Assembly: GCF_009834535.1 (NCBI RefSeq)
Contig: NC_045697.1
Span: 40,364,001 to 40,428,000 of the forward strand
Origin: Camelus ferus
Lineage: Eukaryota
Direction of reading: 5' to 3'
Length of the DNA stretch: 64,000 bases
Shown: piece by piece, positions 1 through 11,830 of the stretch
Layout: every line of letters begins with the position of its first letter
How positions within the stretch are numbered: the first letter of the stretch is position 1
Program-made: the position numbers and the translations under genes
Notes under the pieces: generated by a model
The model's database searches: none
What the model saw: only the letters and a program-made list of their open reading frames with translations
Told to the model about the DNA's origin: nothing

Positions 1-1112
1 AAAAAGTTACCTATACTTATATGGCTGGCAGTAGCTTTAATAGAAGTAAAGGAGATATTTTAACCTAAATCCTCTGCCTCAAAGTCCCAGATTAAAAGAA
101 TACATTTTTAAATGCCCTGCTATATGAAAAAAAATTTAATAATGAGAGGAAATGCTCCTGAAGTTTACATTAAGTACCTTCAAGGCATATTTTTTGTTGC
201 AAATTATTTACTGTGTTTAATAAACATTCCAGTGCAAATGTGCTAAACACATAAGTATAACAAAGGTGTAATCATTAGGTTCAATGCCAAGCACTATTTA
301 AATCCACTGATTAAATCTATTTGATGATAGTAAACCTGTTTTGTTTGTTTGTTTAAGAATGAAACACTGGTTCCAGAAATTTTAATCAGTGGTAAATTTT
401 ATAAATATACAAATATTTAAACATAGTTTTGTGTGATACATTTCAAGTCTTCACTTACAGCTTTTCATTTATTTCTTTGCTTTTGCTTTGTAACAGGTCT
501 CTTTGACAAAAGATGTTTTGAAAGATTGTATTTTATAGAATGTGAGATATGAAATGAACTATAAACCATTAAGCTTTCCATTACTTCCACTATAAAAAAA
601 AATCCAGAATTTTTCCTAACATCAAAACCAAGAATATGACTTTGCTTTTTTCCAATTTTACAACATTTTTTCCCTAAGAGCGCATTTTATAATTCTCTCC
701 TTTACTGTCTCTCTGCTTATGTTAGTTCTTACATGATCTTGCGCATATAAATTTAGATCATTGCATCATTCCTCAAAAATATCAAAACAGTTAAAATAGT
801 TCTGGAAATGGGGCTACAGGAAAGAGAAAACGTAAAATTGAGATGGGTAGATACTAAGCAAAAAAAAAAAAAAAAAAAAAATGCCAGTTTGAGGTATTCA
901 GTGTCTTCTTACAGAACACACACACAAAGTGTATTAAGAACATACCTGATGGTACAGAGTACTTTACTGTAGTTCACGATAATAAATCATGAACTTACAA
1001 CAAAGTAACTTACAACAAAGTCTTTATAGTCTAATTGCATATTGATGAATATTAATTGAATTTCATGGCCCAACGATCATCTTTTATTTTCTTCCACTTA
1101 AAATTTTGTTTT

Positions 1113-1307
1113 TGAAGGAAACCACGATGTCACCTTCAAATAGACCTTTTTGACATAAAAATTATTTTGAGCTGAAGGCAGTTGAGAAGTAGGTAAAATT
1201 TGTAATAAAATTTGTATGCTCTTCTCCTATTAATGTCTTTGTTAGTTAATTTTCAAACCCAGCTAGGGGCCCAAAGAGGGTTGAGGAAAACTTCTTCCTC
1301 TCCTACT
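1113..1307 (+). mobile_element. Internally deleted ERV1 LTR (MER34/MER39-like)
   Basis: TGAAGGAAACC start, AATAAA at about 1204, and a GAAAACTTCTTCCTCTCCTAC-type end. Confidence 0.55.
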
Positions 1308-2735
1308 GTTTGAATTTGGATTATAATTCCAGAACATAGGTAAGTGACTCAGTATATCGATCATTTCTGATACCACCAATCTACTATTAAATAATACAGA
1401 TAATTGCTCAAATAGAATCTATATCTGGAAGAAAACATATTTAGCCATTCATAATTCCAAATTCGTCTCTGTGTCCTTGCCAAATCTTCTTCATCTGAAA
1501 TCTGCACGCCGCCCCCCCGCTCCCAACCACTTGGTTCTCCCGCCCGTGAACGTGGCCCTGAAATGGAGACTGTATTGTTTCCCTCGGGGGAAGAAGGCTG
1601 GCACCCTCTCTTGACCAGTGGTCACCGGATTGATGTTGACATAGCACGTTTACTGGAAATGGTCGGAGAATGCCACTCCAGCTGTTCTTTGGGACATGTG
1701 GCTCAAAATAGACTCATCCTCAGATGGTGGGATTGAGCTAGGTCAGCAGGACCACTCCATCCTCATCATGCTTAAGCACATGCCTCTGTGGCCCTGAGTG
1801 AGCCAGGCCAGCTCTGTGCTTTGGGATCTGTGCAGCGGTAGATGTCTGTTTTAAGCCGTGCTGAGAGGGGACACACTTTCCTAACTCCAGCTGTCCTCAC
1901 TGGTTGGCCTGGTTCATGCTTGTCAGCAGGCTCCCCAGCTGGTTACCCACTCACTTAAGACCTGTCTGTAAGTTATTCTGACAACAGCATCACCACGTGT
2001 GCCCACGGCTCTCCAGCTGGAAAGGTTACTCTGAGAAGTTAGGATGTTTTCCAGACATTATCTAATTAGCACTGTGTCTCCTTTGCTGAAAATATCTGTA
2101 ACATTCAGCACTTTCACAAGATAAGTTAGTCACATCCTGAGTACTCATCTGGGTGAGTCAGAGGGAAGAAAAGACACAAACGGAAATTGGAGCTTGATTT
2201 GAGCTAAGCTTAGGGGGACATCTTCTCATCCTTAGCTTCGTGGATGAAGAGAAGATCACTAGCGGGATCGCACAGTGCTGGGAGTGTTGCAAGAATTACA
2301 GAGAAGTTCGTGTCCCTTTATGTTCTCATGTGGCTATAAAATCTAGTTGCTTAGCTATAGAAAATTCAAGTCCAGTTCTTTCAGTTTTAAGTAAACTATT
2401 GAAAGGTTCTTTTGACATGTTGTAATTTGGGTATCTTAGCATTTACTCATTAGCATTAACTGACTGAAACACTGTTGTTTTCTCAGAAATAGTCTTTCTA
2501 CTGTTTCTTTCGAGGTCAACGTGCGGACATCTTGTACTCCTTGTCACATGTTTGTTGAGGGCCTCCTTGGTGACAGACATTTCATCTCAAGTGTTGGATG
2601 CTCCCCCTTAGTTTTGTACTTTATTGAAACTGAACTAGGTAAGTGCTATGAATTTAAAAAGATATTGCTTAAAAGAAAAATAGATAAAGATAGCCAAAGA
2701 TTATATGATGCATAACTGAATTTGTAAATGCTTAC

Positions 2736-2789
2736 TGGTGCTGCCCGGGTCAGACTGAAAAGGAGCAGTCCCAAACAGACAATTCGCAT
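2736..2789 (-). CDS. MEPE: MEPE exon 2 coding part (exon 2736-2801): signal peptide MRIVCLGLLLFSLTRAAP; later exons are not seen and probably lie left of the window
   Basis: TTTTTACAG|AGATTCTCAAAGATGCGAATTGTC...GCAGCACCA|GTAAG. Matches recalled human MRVFCVGLLLFSVTWAAP; 18-codon phase-0 SCPP exon in the syntenic position downstream of IBSP. Confidence 0.93.
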
Positions 2790-3416
2790 CTTTGAGAATC
2801 TCTGTAAAAAGACAGTGACATTTCACCCTAAAGCATTGCCAAGTATGAGCTGCAGCCATAAGAATAAATAAAACACAAAATTCTATACAAGCATCCTTTC
2901 CCTTAGCAGTCCATCTCCTTTTGTTTTTTATTTATTTATTTATTTTTTTAACTTTTTTTTATTGATTTATAATCATTCCTTTTGTTTAAAAAAAAAAACT
3001 ATGTATAATTTATATCCAAGTATAGAAACTTTAAGAGCCTTTGTATGTCTAATAATTCCAATGAAAATGAAATTGTCCAGTATTATTAAAACAATGACAT
3101 CAGTTGATAGAAATGGATTTTATAGACATATTTTTTGGCTCTGTTATAAGCCCCAACTTTTCCCTTGTGTCTTCAGAGAGAGATTGTTTAATTGAATTAT
3201 TTATATAATTCAGAATAATATTAAGTTAGTATAGGAACTAGTAACAGATTCTTTAAAAGAACCAGCCAGAGTAGCAGGCTCTACTCCGAGGAATGGTATC
3301 TTGTCCGATACCATCCTGGGGCCCCAACATATATGCTCCTTTTCATTAACAGTGTACAAGAGGTAGGAACTACCTGTGGCCTGTGGACCGAATCAATTCA
3401 TGGAATACTTATATTA

Positions 3417-3650
3417 ACAGCTAACATTTACTGAAAATTACAGTGAGCCAGGCACTGTTCTAAAAATTGGACATGTATTCAGTTCATTGAGCCTTACAAT
3501 AACCCTATGAAGTTAGGGGGCACTACTATTGCTGTATTATAGATTAGGACACAGACACAGAAAATCAAATAACCTGTCCCAGAATTCCCACGTGTTAAGG
3601 GGCAGAACCAAGATTAGTATCCAGACAATGCAGCTCTAGAGACAGACTCC
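3417..3650 (-). mobile_element. MIR SINE
   Basis: AGCTAACATTTACTGA...CCAGGCACTGTTCTAA...ACAATAACCCTATGA: MIR core in reverse. Confidence 0.75.
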
Positions 3651-4209
3651 ATGCCACCTTGAATCAGTTTCTCTTCTTTAACCTTATTACAGAAAAATCT
3701 GCATGTAGCTGATTTAAAGGCAAATCATATTATTGTATTGGGCTCAACAAAATGATATTTAAAACACTAACATTTAGTTATGGATAAAGATACATGTTTA
3801 TAAAGGTACATGTTTGCTAAATACACTAAGAGCTAGTGAGGTCATTTAAGTCAAGTAGCCATTAGATTTAAAAAAAAAAGCCAACATAATCTTGGATCAC
3901 TAATCTCTTGGTTTTGATATTAAGTAATTTATTAACTACCACTCAGATCTTGATAATGTTGTTGGTCAAATCAAAGAGAAAGCTGCTAGCAAGCCACCAA
4001 TTTTAGTTGAGCATTTCTAGAGCTGGGTAACACATTCTCTTCTAATAAAACAAAACACGAAATATTACACAGTTATGCTCAGTAGATAATACTTCCAATC
4101 TGAATTTATTTTCAAAAGCGATCGCCCTACCTGGATGGCATGCATCTTAAAAATGTAAACTATGTTATAAAGCTGTTTGCTATCAAGAACATCAAGAGAG
4201 CCAAATTAC

Positions 4210-4260
4210 CTGGGATCTTTGACCTTCGGAATACCTGGCTTCTTCTGCAGGATTAGCACT
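4210..4260 (-). other. MEPE: MEPE proximal non-coding exon 1 (5' end approximate)
   Basis: CTAATCCTGCAGAAGAAGCCAGGTATTCCGAAGGTCAAAGATCCCAG|GTAATT resembles the recalled MEPE 5' UTR; donor at 4209-4208. Confidence 0.75.
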
Positions 4261-4279
4261 CTCTGGGCATTTTGCTGAA

Positions 4280-4321
4280 ATTTAAAGTTTCTTAGAGTTC
4301 CCAATGGCCAATCAGCATTGG
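4280..4321 (-). promoter_or_regulatory. MEPE: MEPE proximal core promoter
   Basis: TATA-like TTTAAA at 4281-4286; CCAAT boxes at 4301-4305 and 4308-4312 (inverted relative to the gene) and 4317-4321. Confidence 0.6.
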
Positions 4322-4619
4322 CTCACTTAGCACTAGCAAACAATTTGTTACCAGTGCCCACAGATAACCATAGGGGGCAAAGTAATTTTAATCTAAAAAT
4401 GTTTTTGTGGTGGCAAGCTGCTATCAAATGTTCCAGAAAGTGGGATAAACAGAAAATATAAATACCTCAGCTTGGTGGATCATGTTGTCAAATAATTAAA
4501 ATTGATTTCAGAACTATTAATTAAGACTGGCTGAGTAACTCTCAAGTTTATAAATAGAAAACACTTCAGCTAGTCTTTCGTGTAGAAAGTTTATCATTTC
4601 AATTCTGCCAGGATGAAAT

Positions 4620-5470
4620 TCAGCCACATTTAACAAAAATGTGTTGAGTGCCTATTATGTGACAGGCATTAGGGAAACAGCAGTGAACAAAACTGACAGG
4701 AAAAAAAAATCCGTCTTTATAGAGCTTATAATGTGGTGGGGAGACAGACAATAAACAAATTAAATAAGCGACACAGACTAAGAAGAAAACGTATTGCAGG
4801 GAGGGGACAATAAGGAGGACTGGGCATGGGGACACTGGGTTGAAATTTTGGACAGGGAGTCCCAGGAAGGCCTTGTTGAGAGCGTGACTTTTGAGTAAAG
4901 CCCTGTAGACATATGACTTTCTAGGGGAAAAGCATTGTAGGGAGAGGGAAGAGAAAGAGAGAATGCCTGGGGACAAGAGTCTGCTGGCTTGTTCCAGAAA
5001 TGGAGAAGAGGTCAGTTTGGCTGGATGGCCTGAGGAAGGGGAATGGTAGGAAATGAGGTAAAAAAGCCACGTGATGGCAGATGGTGTAGTGCCCATGGGT
5101 CTTCACAAGCCTCCTGATTTCACCCCGAGTGAGAAGGAAGCCTTTGAAGGTCTTGGGCAAAGGGGGAACTGAAGAAGGGGCTGAGCAGGAAAAGGCAGAG
5201 ATGGGCTAGGAAGCTCTTAAGGTTAATTGGATGAAGAGATGATTAGGACTGGAACCAGAAGGGATGGTGAGAAGTGGTCATGTTCTGAATGTATTTTGAA
5301 AGCAAAGCCAATAGGATTGGCTGATGCACCAGTGTGGCTGTGAGAGAAAATCAAGAATCGAGGATGGCACCAACATTTTCAGCTTGAGCAACTGGAAGAA
5401 CAAAGTCGCCCTTTGGTATTGTCATGGGGGAAACTGCAGAGGTGGTTCGGGGGAAATACTGAGCATTTGG
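4620..5470 (-). mobile_element. L2 LINE 3' fragment
   Basis: TTGAGTGCCTATTATGTGACAGGCA...CAGTGAACAAAAC and a purine-rich body typical of antisense L2. Confidence 0.75.
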
Positions 5471-6104
5471 GTTTGTAGTGAATGTTATAAAACTGTCAGT
5501 TTAGGATGTTGATGCTCTCAATGAAACGAATAGCACACCCATATTGAAATAAGCTTCTCTAGGCCAGTTGTTTCGCCCTGTCTGGCTGCCAAAATCATGA
5601 CTGCACTGGGTCAGGAGGTTCCATTCAGCTAAGATATTATACTACCTGGAGGGGTGACTTACATTAGAACTTTACGTGGAACATCAAGAAAAGATGATGT
5701 AAGAATTATTTTACCCATACCAAGAGATAAGAACTACCTACAGTGAAACACAATTTTAAGAGACTATAAATAGATTTAAATGTAAACTCCCAATGTCTCT
5801 TAACTTTCAAAGCAGACAAAAGCCAAACTAAAACAAACAAAACAGCCTTAGGACAGCTTTAGCTGAGAGAATGGTTTCTTTTCTAGTCCAGGCTGAATCC
5901 CTATTTTTTTTTTTTTTTTTTTTTTTGCTTTATTTAAATTCTGCAGATCCTCTTCTGAGTGTCTGGGGCTGGTTCTTAAAAAAACACTTGCCAGGATTAG
6001 AATTTTAGCTGTTGGGCTGGCGCCACTGCTGATTCACAACCATTCAACCATGGATTTTAGAGTATTTGAACATTGTCATTGACCATGGTGACATTTAACT
6101 CTGG

Positions 6105-6490
6105 TAGCTCTGGAATCAATAGACCTGGGTTAAAATACTGACTCTGCTTCTTGTTTGCTGTGGTCAGTCGCTTATGCATCTAAATTGAGCTTCTACGAGC
6201 CTCAATTTCTCCATTTGAAAATGGGAGCACAATAATAAGCTAAGCTTTCATTGAGCGATGACTATAATCCAAGTATTATTCTAAGTGTGGTACATTGACT
6301 TATTAATGTTTACAAAAACTCTATATTGTAGGTACTGTTATTATCACCCTGAATTTAGTGATGAGACATAAAGCAGTTAAGTGACCTGCTTAAGGTCTTA
6401 TATCTAGCTAGTATAAAAAGCCAAAATTTATAATTAGGCAATCTGACTCTGACATGCGGTATGAAAACCACTTCACTATACTGTCTCAGA
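6105..6490. mobile_element. Two adjacent MIR fragments in opposite orientation
   Basis: CTCTGGAATCAATAGACCTGGGTT...GAGCCTCAATTTCTCCATTTGAAAATGGG, then the reverse core GTTAAGTGACCTGCTTAAGGTC. Confidence 0.65.
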
Positions 6491-6589
6491 AAGCCCGCAT
6501 AAACATTAAATTAACAGATTTCTTTTTAATAAAAGCAATGTCTTTATTTTTTATTTTTCATTTTTTTAGTTACTATAGTTTTATTGTAT

Positions 6590-6887
6590 TTTTTAAACAT
6601 TTTTAAATTGAGTTATAGTCATTTTATGATGTTGTGTCAAATTCCAGTGTAGAGCACAATTTCTCAGTTATACATGAACACACATATATTCATTGTCACA
6701 TTTTTTTTTTCGCTGTGAGCTACCACAAGATCTTGTATATATTTCCCTGTGCTATACAGTATTATCTTGTTTATCTATATTGCATATTCCTGTCAGTATC
6801 TACTAATTTTGAAATCCCAGTCTGTCCCTTCCCACCCCCCTGCTCCCTTGGCAACCACAAGTTTGTATTCTATGTCTATGAATCTTA
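6590..6887 (-). mobile_element. L1 3' end (camelid-type)
   Basis: T-rich tail then GTTGTGTCAAATTCCAGTGTAGAGCACAATTT...GCTACCACAAGATCTTGTATATATTTCCCTGTGCT; a near-identical copy lies at 40.1 kb. Confidence 0.75.
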
Positions 6888-7046
6888 AATTAACAGATGT
6901 TTACATTTAGCCCAGTTCCTAATTCTAAATTAAATAATAAATACATAATAATTACCCATCCCATCCATTCTTCCCATCATTAAATAATAATGTGGTATTA
7001 AGATGACATCTTTTTCTATCTCCTTTCTTTATTTTCCTACCATGCC

Positions 7047-7368
7047 TTTTTTGTTGAAGTATAGTTGATTTACAATGTTGTGTTAGTTTCAGGTGTACAG
7101 CAAAGTGATTTAGTTTTATATACACATAGATGTGTATATATTCTTTTGCAGATTCTTCTCCATTAAAGGTTATTAAAGATATTGAATAGAGCTCCCTGTG
7201 CTATACAGTAGGTCCTTGTTTATCTATTTTATACCTAGTAGTGTGTATCTGCTAATTCCAAACTCCCAATTTATCTCTCACCCCCTTTCCCCCTTTGGGA
7301 ACCATAAGTTTGTTTTCTATGTCTGGGAGTCCATTTCTGTTTTGTAAATAAGTTCATTCGTATCATTA
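7047..7368 (-). mobile_element. L1 3' end (cetartiodactyl-type)
   Basis: TTGAAGTATAGTTGATTTACAATGTTGTGTTAGTTTCAGGTGTACAGCAAAGTGATT...CCCTGTGCTATACAGTAGGTCCTTGTT. Confidence 0.8.
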
Positions 7369-10041
7369 CCATGTCTTCTTTTACAACTCATTTGATGAGG
7401 GGGAAAAAAAGCAATGAAGTAAAGAAAGAAATAGCAGAGTTGAAGCTTAAGAGAATACAATAGGTGATTTCTCCAGACATCACAAAAATTGATGATCAGA
7501 ATTTCAGCAAAACGTAAAGGATTTGGCTGACATTGAAAAAGGCTAACAAGGAAGTGGAAGTAAAGGAAAGGCGAGGACAAGCAGCGGTGGTCAGTCAACT
7601 GTAAGACTGAACAGAAACATACGGCTATATAAGCAGCAGATGGATGTGAATACCACAGAATGCTCGTTCTAATATTCTATTAAAGCAATAAAGCAATGAG
7701 TTATTCAGGAATTTCTATAACCATTAGAAATTTTGCAGAGTTTTACAGTTTTTCACTGTTCCCTAGTATTAACTTTATACTTTTGAATGATCCAAGTAGG
7801 AGTAAGCATTTGGCATGTGCCTCGTATGTGGGGCAGCCTTAGAAAATATTGGGGTTCTTTTCATTACTACTGTATAGTTTCAGATATTTCTCAAATGTGC
7901 TTTTTCTTTGTTTTTCCTTCTTTCCAAAGAATGTTACTGTGTAAGAGATTTCTCCTTCATTTAAGTGATGGGAAAGCATTTAATTCTATCTAGGTGAAAC
8001 TGTGTTCTGTGAGAGAAAATTCATAGAATATTAAGAGAAAAATTGACCTAGCAAGCAGTCCTCCCAAGGAATAAACTGGCAGTAGCTAAATATATATGCT
8101 CCCAAAGCTAAAATGAATTCAAAGCTCAAAAAATAAAAATGCAACTTGAACCTTAAATTTAGAACCTACAATTGACTAAAGTGAAAAAAAAAAAAGAAAA
8201 AAAAAAGAGACTATTCTGGCTGAACGTTTGTGAAGAAGAAACGGTGGAGAAAAAAAACAGAGAATGATCATTTGCTAAAGTCCTGTGAAGTAGAGGTGCT
8301 ACCTCTCTCCTCTTAAAACTTGCCCCCTCAGTTGAGCTTAAGCTACAAAAACTCAACATAAGTTTCCTAAATGTTTTTGTAGAATAACCTTTTCTTAGGA
8401 ACCAATAACCAAAGATAAAGACCAGGGTTCTGTAAAAAAAAGGTTATTTGTCCTCACACTGCTTCCATTTATTTGGAAAACAGAACAAGATAACACATAA
8501 CTAGGAAGCAACAGAGAAGAGCAGGAAAAGGATCCTTGAACTTTCTTCTGGTTCTTGGTTCATGGTTCAAGAGCAGGCGTCGCCACCGATGGTGCACCGG
8601 CCTGCTTTCCTGGGCCAGGCTCACATACTGAGTTGCTCCTCAAAGAGATTTTTAGAGGAAAAGAGCCCACGAAACGTGTTTCGTTTTGTGCTGGCTTTTT
8701 CATGTCTTACCGTTCACTTGATTGCGAACAATCATATAAAATACTAGCTCACTGAGATGCTACACCGTCAGCCCAGCTATGGGACCCTCATCCAAGAGTA
8801 AGGGTTTGTGTTTTTGTTTTGTCTTGTTTTGTTTTCCTGTCGATTTCTGGAACCTCCCAGCCACCTTCTCTGTACTTGTGCTCTAGGTCCACTTGTTCTG
8901 ATACACATCTTTAAAACCTCAGATTGTAGGAATACTTTTTTTCCTCCGGGATCTTGTTCCCCAATCTATTCTTAACAGTATTCGGTGACACATTTCTCTA
9001 TATCATCCTAAACAGTTAGAGATAAACATATATTATGTATATATTTCCATACATTCTGGCTACCTGAAATAACTCTCTATTTTTCAATTTATACACAAAA
9101 TGAATAAACACGGTTTTCCTCCTGAGTCAGTGTTGTGAATGGAAAAGAGGAGGGGCCCTTGTTGGGCAATCTCCTCGTTACCATATGGGCTCCTAAAGAT
9201 TTGTCAAGGCTTAGGCATTTTGTAGAAGCATTTATTCCCTACTGGTCTCCAGGAGAGGGTCTCCAGTGGGTGTGCTCAAAGTCTTGCCCTGTTTTTAGCA
9301 GGAGAAAATGTTTCCATTTTAAATATGTTCATCCATGACTATCAGTATTCACCCTAAGATGAAAAAAGATCACTTTTAAAAACGTCACTCACAACCAACT
9401 TTTTCATCTACCCCCAAATTATTTTTATTTTTAGGTTTTTTTTTCTCTTATGTTTGGGAATTTCAACAGAAGTACCTAAAAATTTCAGCCAGATACGGAA
9501 CCACGAAGGGTCACAGAACAACATGGAACTAGCTGTGTTCATCTCTCTAGGCTCTTTGTTTACCCACTCAGCTATTACTAGCAAAGAGAAGACATGTCAA
9601 TATAATTTACTTTTATTTTTATATTAGAAAGATTTCTTACTACACCTTAAAATGTAATTCAAAGGCTATAGTTAACATGTAATTATAATGATACCAGCCC
9701 TTTCCTCCAGGAAGTGGTAACATTGCTGGAATTTGCTGTAAAACATTGTTGTGTGAGGGGAAAATAATCTCTCATTCCAAACAGTGTTTTTCGGCAGTTG
9801 CGTTTTGTTTTGCAGGACCAAGCATCCTCTTAAGAGACAGAACATGGCAACATATACCAGCTAGTTGTTCACTGTATTGGACACATACAATTTTTTTTAA
9901 CCTAATTGGGGCATATCTAGTCTCCTCAGTTTGTAGTTTTGAACTCGTTTTTGTCTGCATTGTTATTATTTTATTTGGGTTCTTCTCACATGACTTTCTT
10001 AATTCTCACGAACCCAGATTCTCTCTCTGCTTGTCAGTTCC

Positions 10042-10640
10042 TGTTCCAGTTGTCTATTGCTGTGTAACAAGCTACCTCCAAACTTAGTGGCTTAAAGCAC
10101 CAGTTGATTATTTTCTCTCCAGGTTCTGTAGGGTGACTTGGCTCAGCTGTCAGGTCCTCGCTTAGGGTCGATCATGTGGGACATTCAGACGGAGCAGGTG
10201 CAGGGACGATCTGAATACCTGGTTGGGCTGCACATCCAAGGTGGTGCTCTGGTGTTTTCCCACATGACTTCTCTCCCCAGAAGAACAGACTGGACGTCTC
10301 ATATGCTGGCTCAGGACTTAAAATACTCAGTGGGTCAAAAATTCATTAACTGGATCTGTGGGTCTAATAATAAAAGTTCCCAATGCAAATTACATTCTGT
10401 TATGTTCTGTTCTTCCTTTGGAGGCCTCCCCTTTCCTGAACCTCTCCTGGGTCTCAAGAGCAGAAAGCAGACATGTACTAAGCTTGGAATGGTTGGAGTC
10501 GTCATATTAGGCAAAGCAGACAGATCCTAAGCGGGGCAGATACAGGCTCCACACCTTGGGGGGGAAGTGGCAATGTCACATTGCAGAAGAGCTTGTGGAA
10601 GGGGAGATAGAGTTGGAGCCATCTTTGGAGAATACAGTGT
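10042..10640 (-). mobile_element. MaLR LTR (MLT1 family), interrupted
   Basis: CTATTGCTGTGTAACAAGCTACCTCCAAAACTTAGTGGCTTAAA start and GCCATCTTTGGAGAATACAGT end. Confidence 0.65.
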
Positions 10641-10715
10641 GCTTGGGTTAGTCCCTGATAGCAATGTAGGTATTGAAAATTCACTAAAAATTACTCTTAA
10701 AGTGATTGGTGTCCT

Positions 10716-11197
10716 TATATTAGTCTGTCTCTCTCCAGAGACAGAACTGATAAGTTATATAGATAGGAAGAGATTTACTATGAGGACTTGGCTCACATGA
10801 TTCTGAGGGCTGATAAGTCCCATCATCTACCATCTGCAAGCTGGAGACCCAGGAGAGCCAGAGGTATAAACCTGATCTGAATCACAAGGCCTGAGGGCCA
10901 GCGGAGCAGCTGGTGCAAATCCCAGCCCAAGGGCAGAAGACAGATGTCCCCGTTTAAGCAGCCAGGCAGGAAGCAAAAGAGGTGAAATGTCTCCTTCCTC
11001 TGCCTTTTTGTTCTTTGCAGGCCCTCAGTGGACTGGATGATGCCCACCCACCTTGCGCAGGACAACCTACTTTACTGAATCCACTGATTCAAATGCTAAT
11101 CTCATCCAGGAGACCGCTAACAGACACACCCAGAAATAAAAATGTTTAATTTGGGCACCCTGTGGCCCAGCCAAGACACATGAAATTAACCATCACA
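10716..11197 (-). mobile_element. ERVL solo LTR (MLT2 family)
   Basis: CTCCAGAGACAGAAC...TTGGCTCACATGATT...TGCAAGCTGGAGACCCAGG...AAATTAACCATCACA. Confidence 0.8.
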
Positions 11198-11374
11198 GCA
11201 CTGGATCTGATAACTACTCATTCTACACAGCATAAGTAATGGTTTATGTTGTGCTGTTGATTTTACATAACTGTCCTAGAATTGAGACCCAGCTTTCCCT
11301 CCACTGGCTAAGGGGTACATCCCTGACAGTCTCTGACAAATTTCAAAAGATAATTAAGATAATGAAAATATTAC

Positions 11375-11515
11375 CTTTAAATATTATTTATTAAAAATAA
11401 ATAACATTCTTGATCTGTTTAGGTCCAGGACCTGTCAGAAGCATTTTATTAAGCAGCTGCAGGAAGGAGATAATTCCCACATTGCTGTTTCAAATACCAG
11501 AAATTTTGCTGAATC
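11375..11515 (-). other. MEPE: Probable distal alternative first exon of MEPE (5' end approximate)
   Basis: TATAAA on the minus strand at 11540-11545, then unique sequence ending ...GGTCCTGGACCTAAACAGATCAAG...AATAAATAATATTTAAAG|GTAATA. Resembles the recalled leader of a human MEPE distal-promoter transcript. Confidence 0.55.
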
Positions 11516-11609
11516 TGTGGCGAGCTCACTGATAGTTTGTTTATATCCTAAGTCATTCACAAAAATTAATCAGTTCTTTATGGTTATGACTTTTTACAAT
11601 CATCTAAAA

Positions 11610-11830
11610 TGGGAGTCAGCAAACTATGGCCTGTGGGCCAAATCTGGCCCAACATCTGTTTTTGGAAATCAAGTTTTATTGGGACACAGCCATGCCCATT
11701 TATTTACATATTGTCTATGACTGCTTTTGCTGCAATGACAGATTATGGTAGTTGTGAAAGAAACCATATGGCCCGCAAAGCTAAAAATATCTACTGTCTG
11801 GTCCTTTACAGAGAAATTGGCTGGCCCATG
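11610..11830. mobile_element. MER58A-like hAT-Charlie MITE
   Basis: GTCAGCAAACTATGGCCTGTGGGCCAAATCTGGCCC...GTTTTATTGGGACACAGCCATGCCCATT...TGGTCCTTTACAGAGAAA. Confidence 0.8.
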
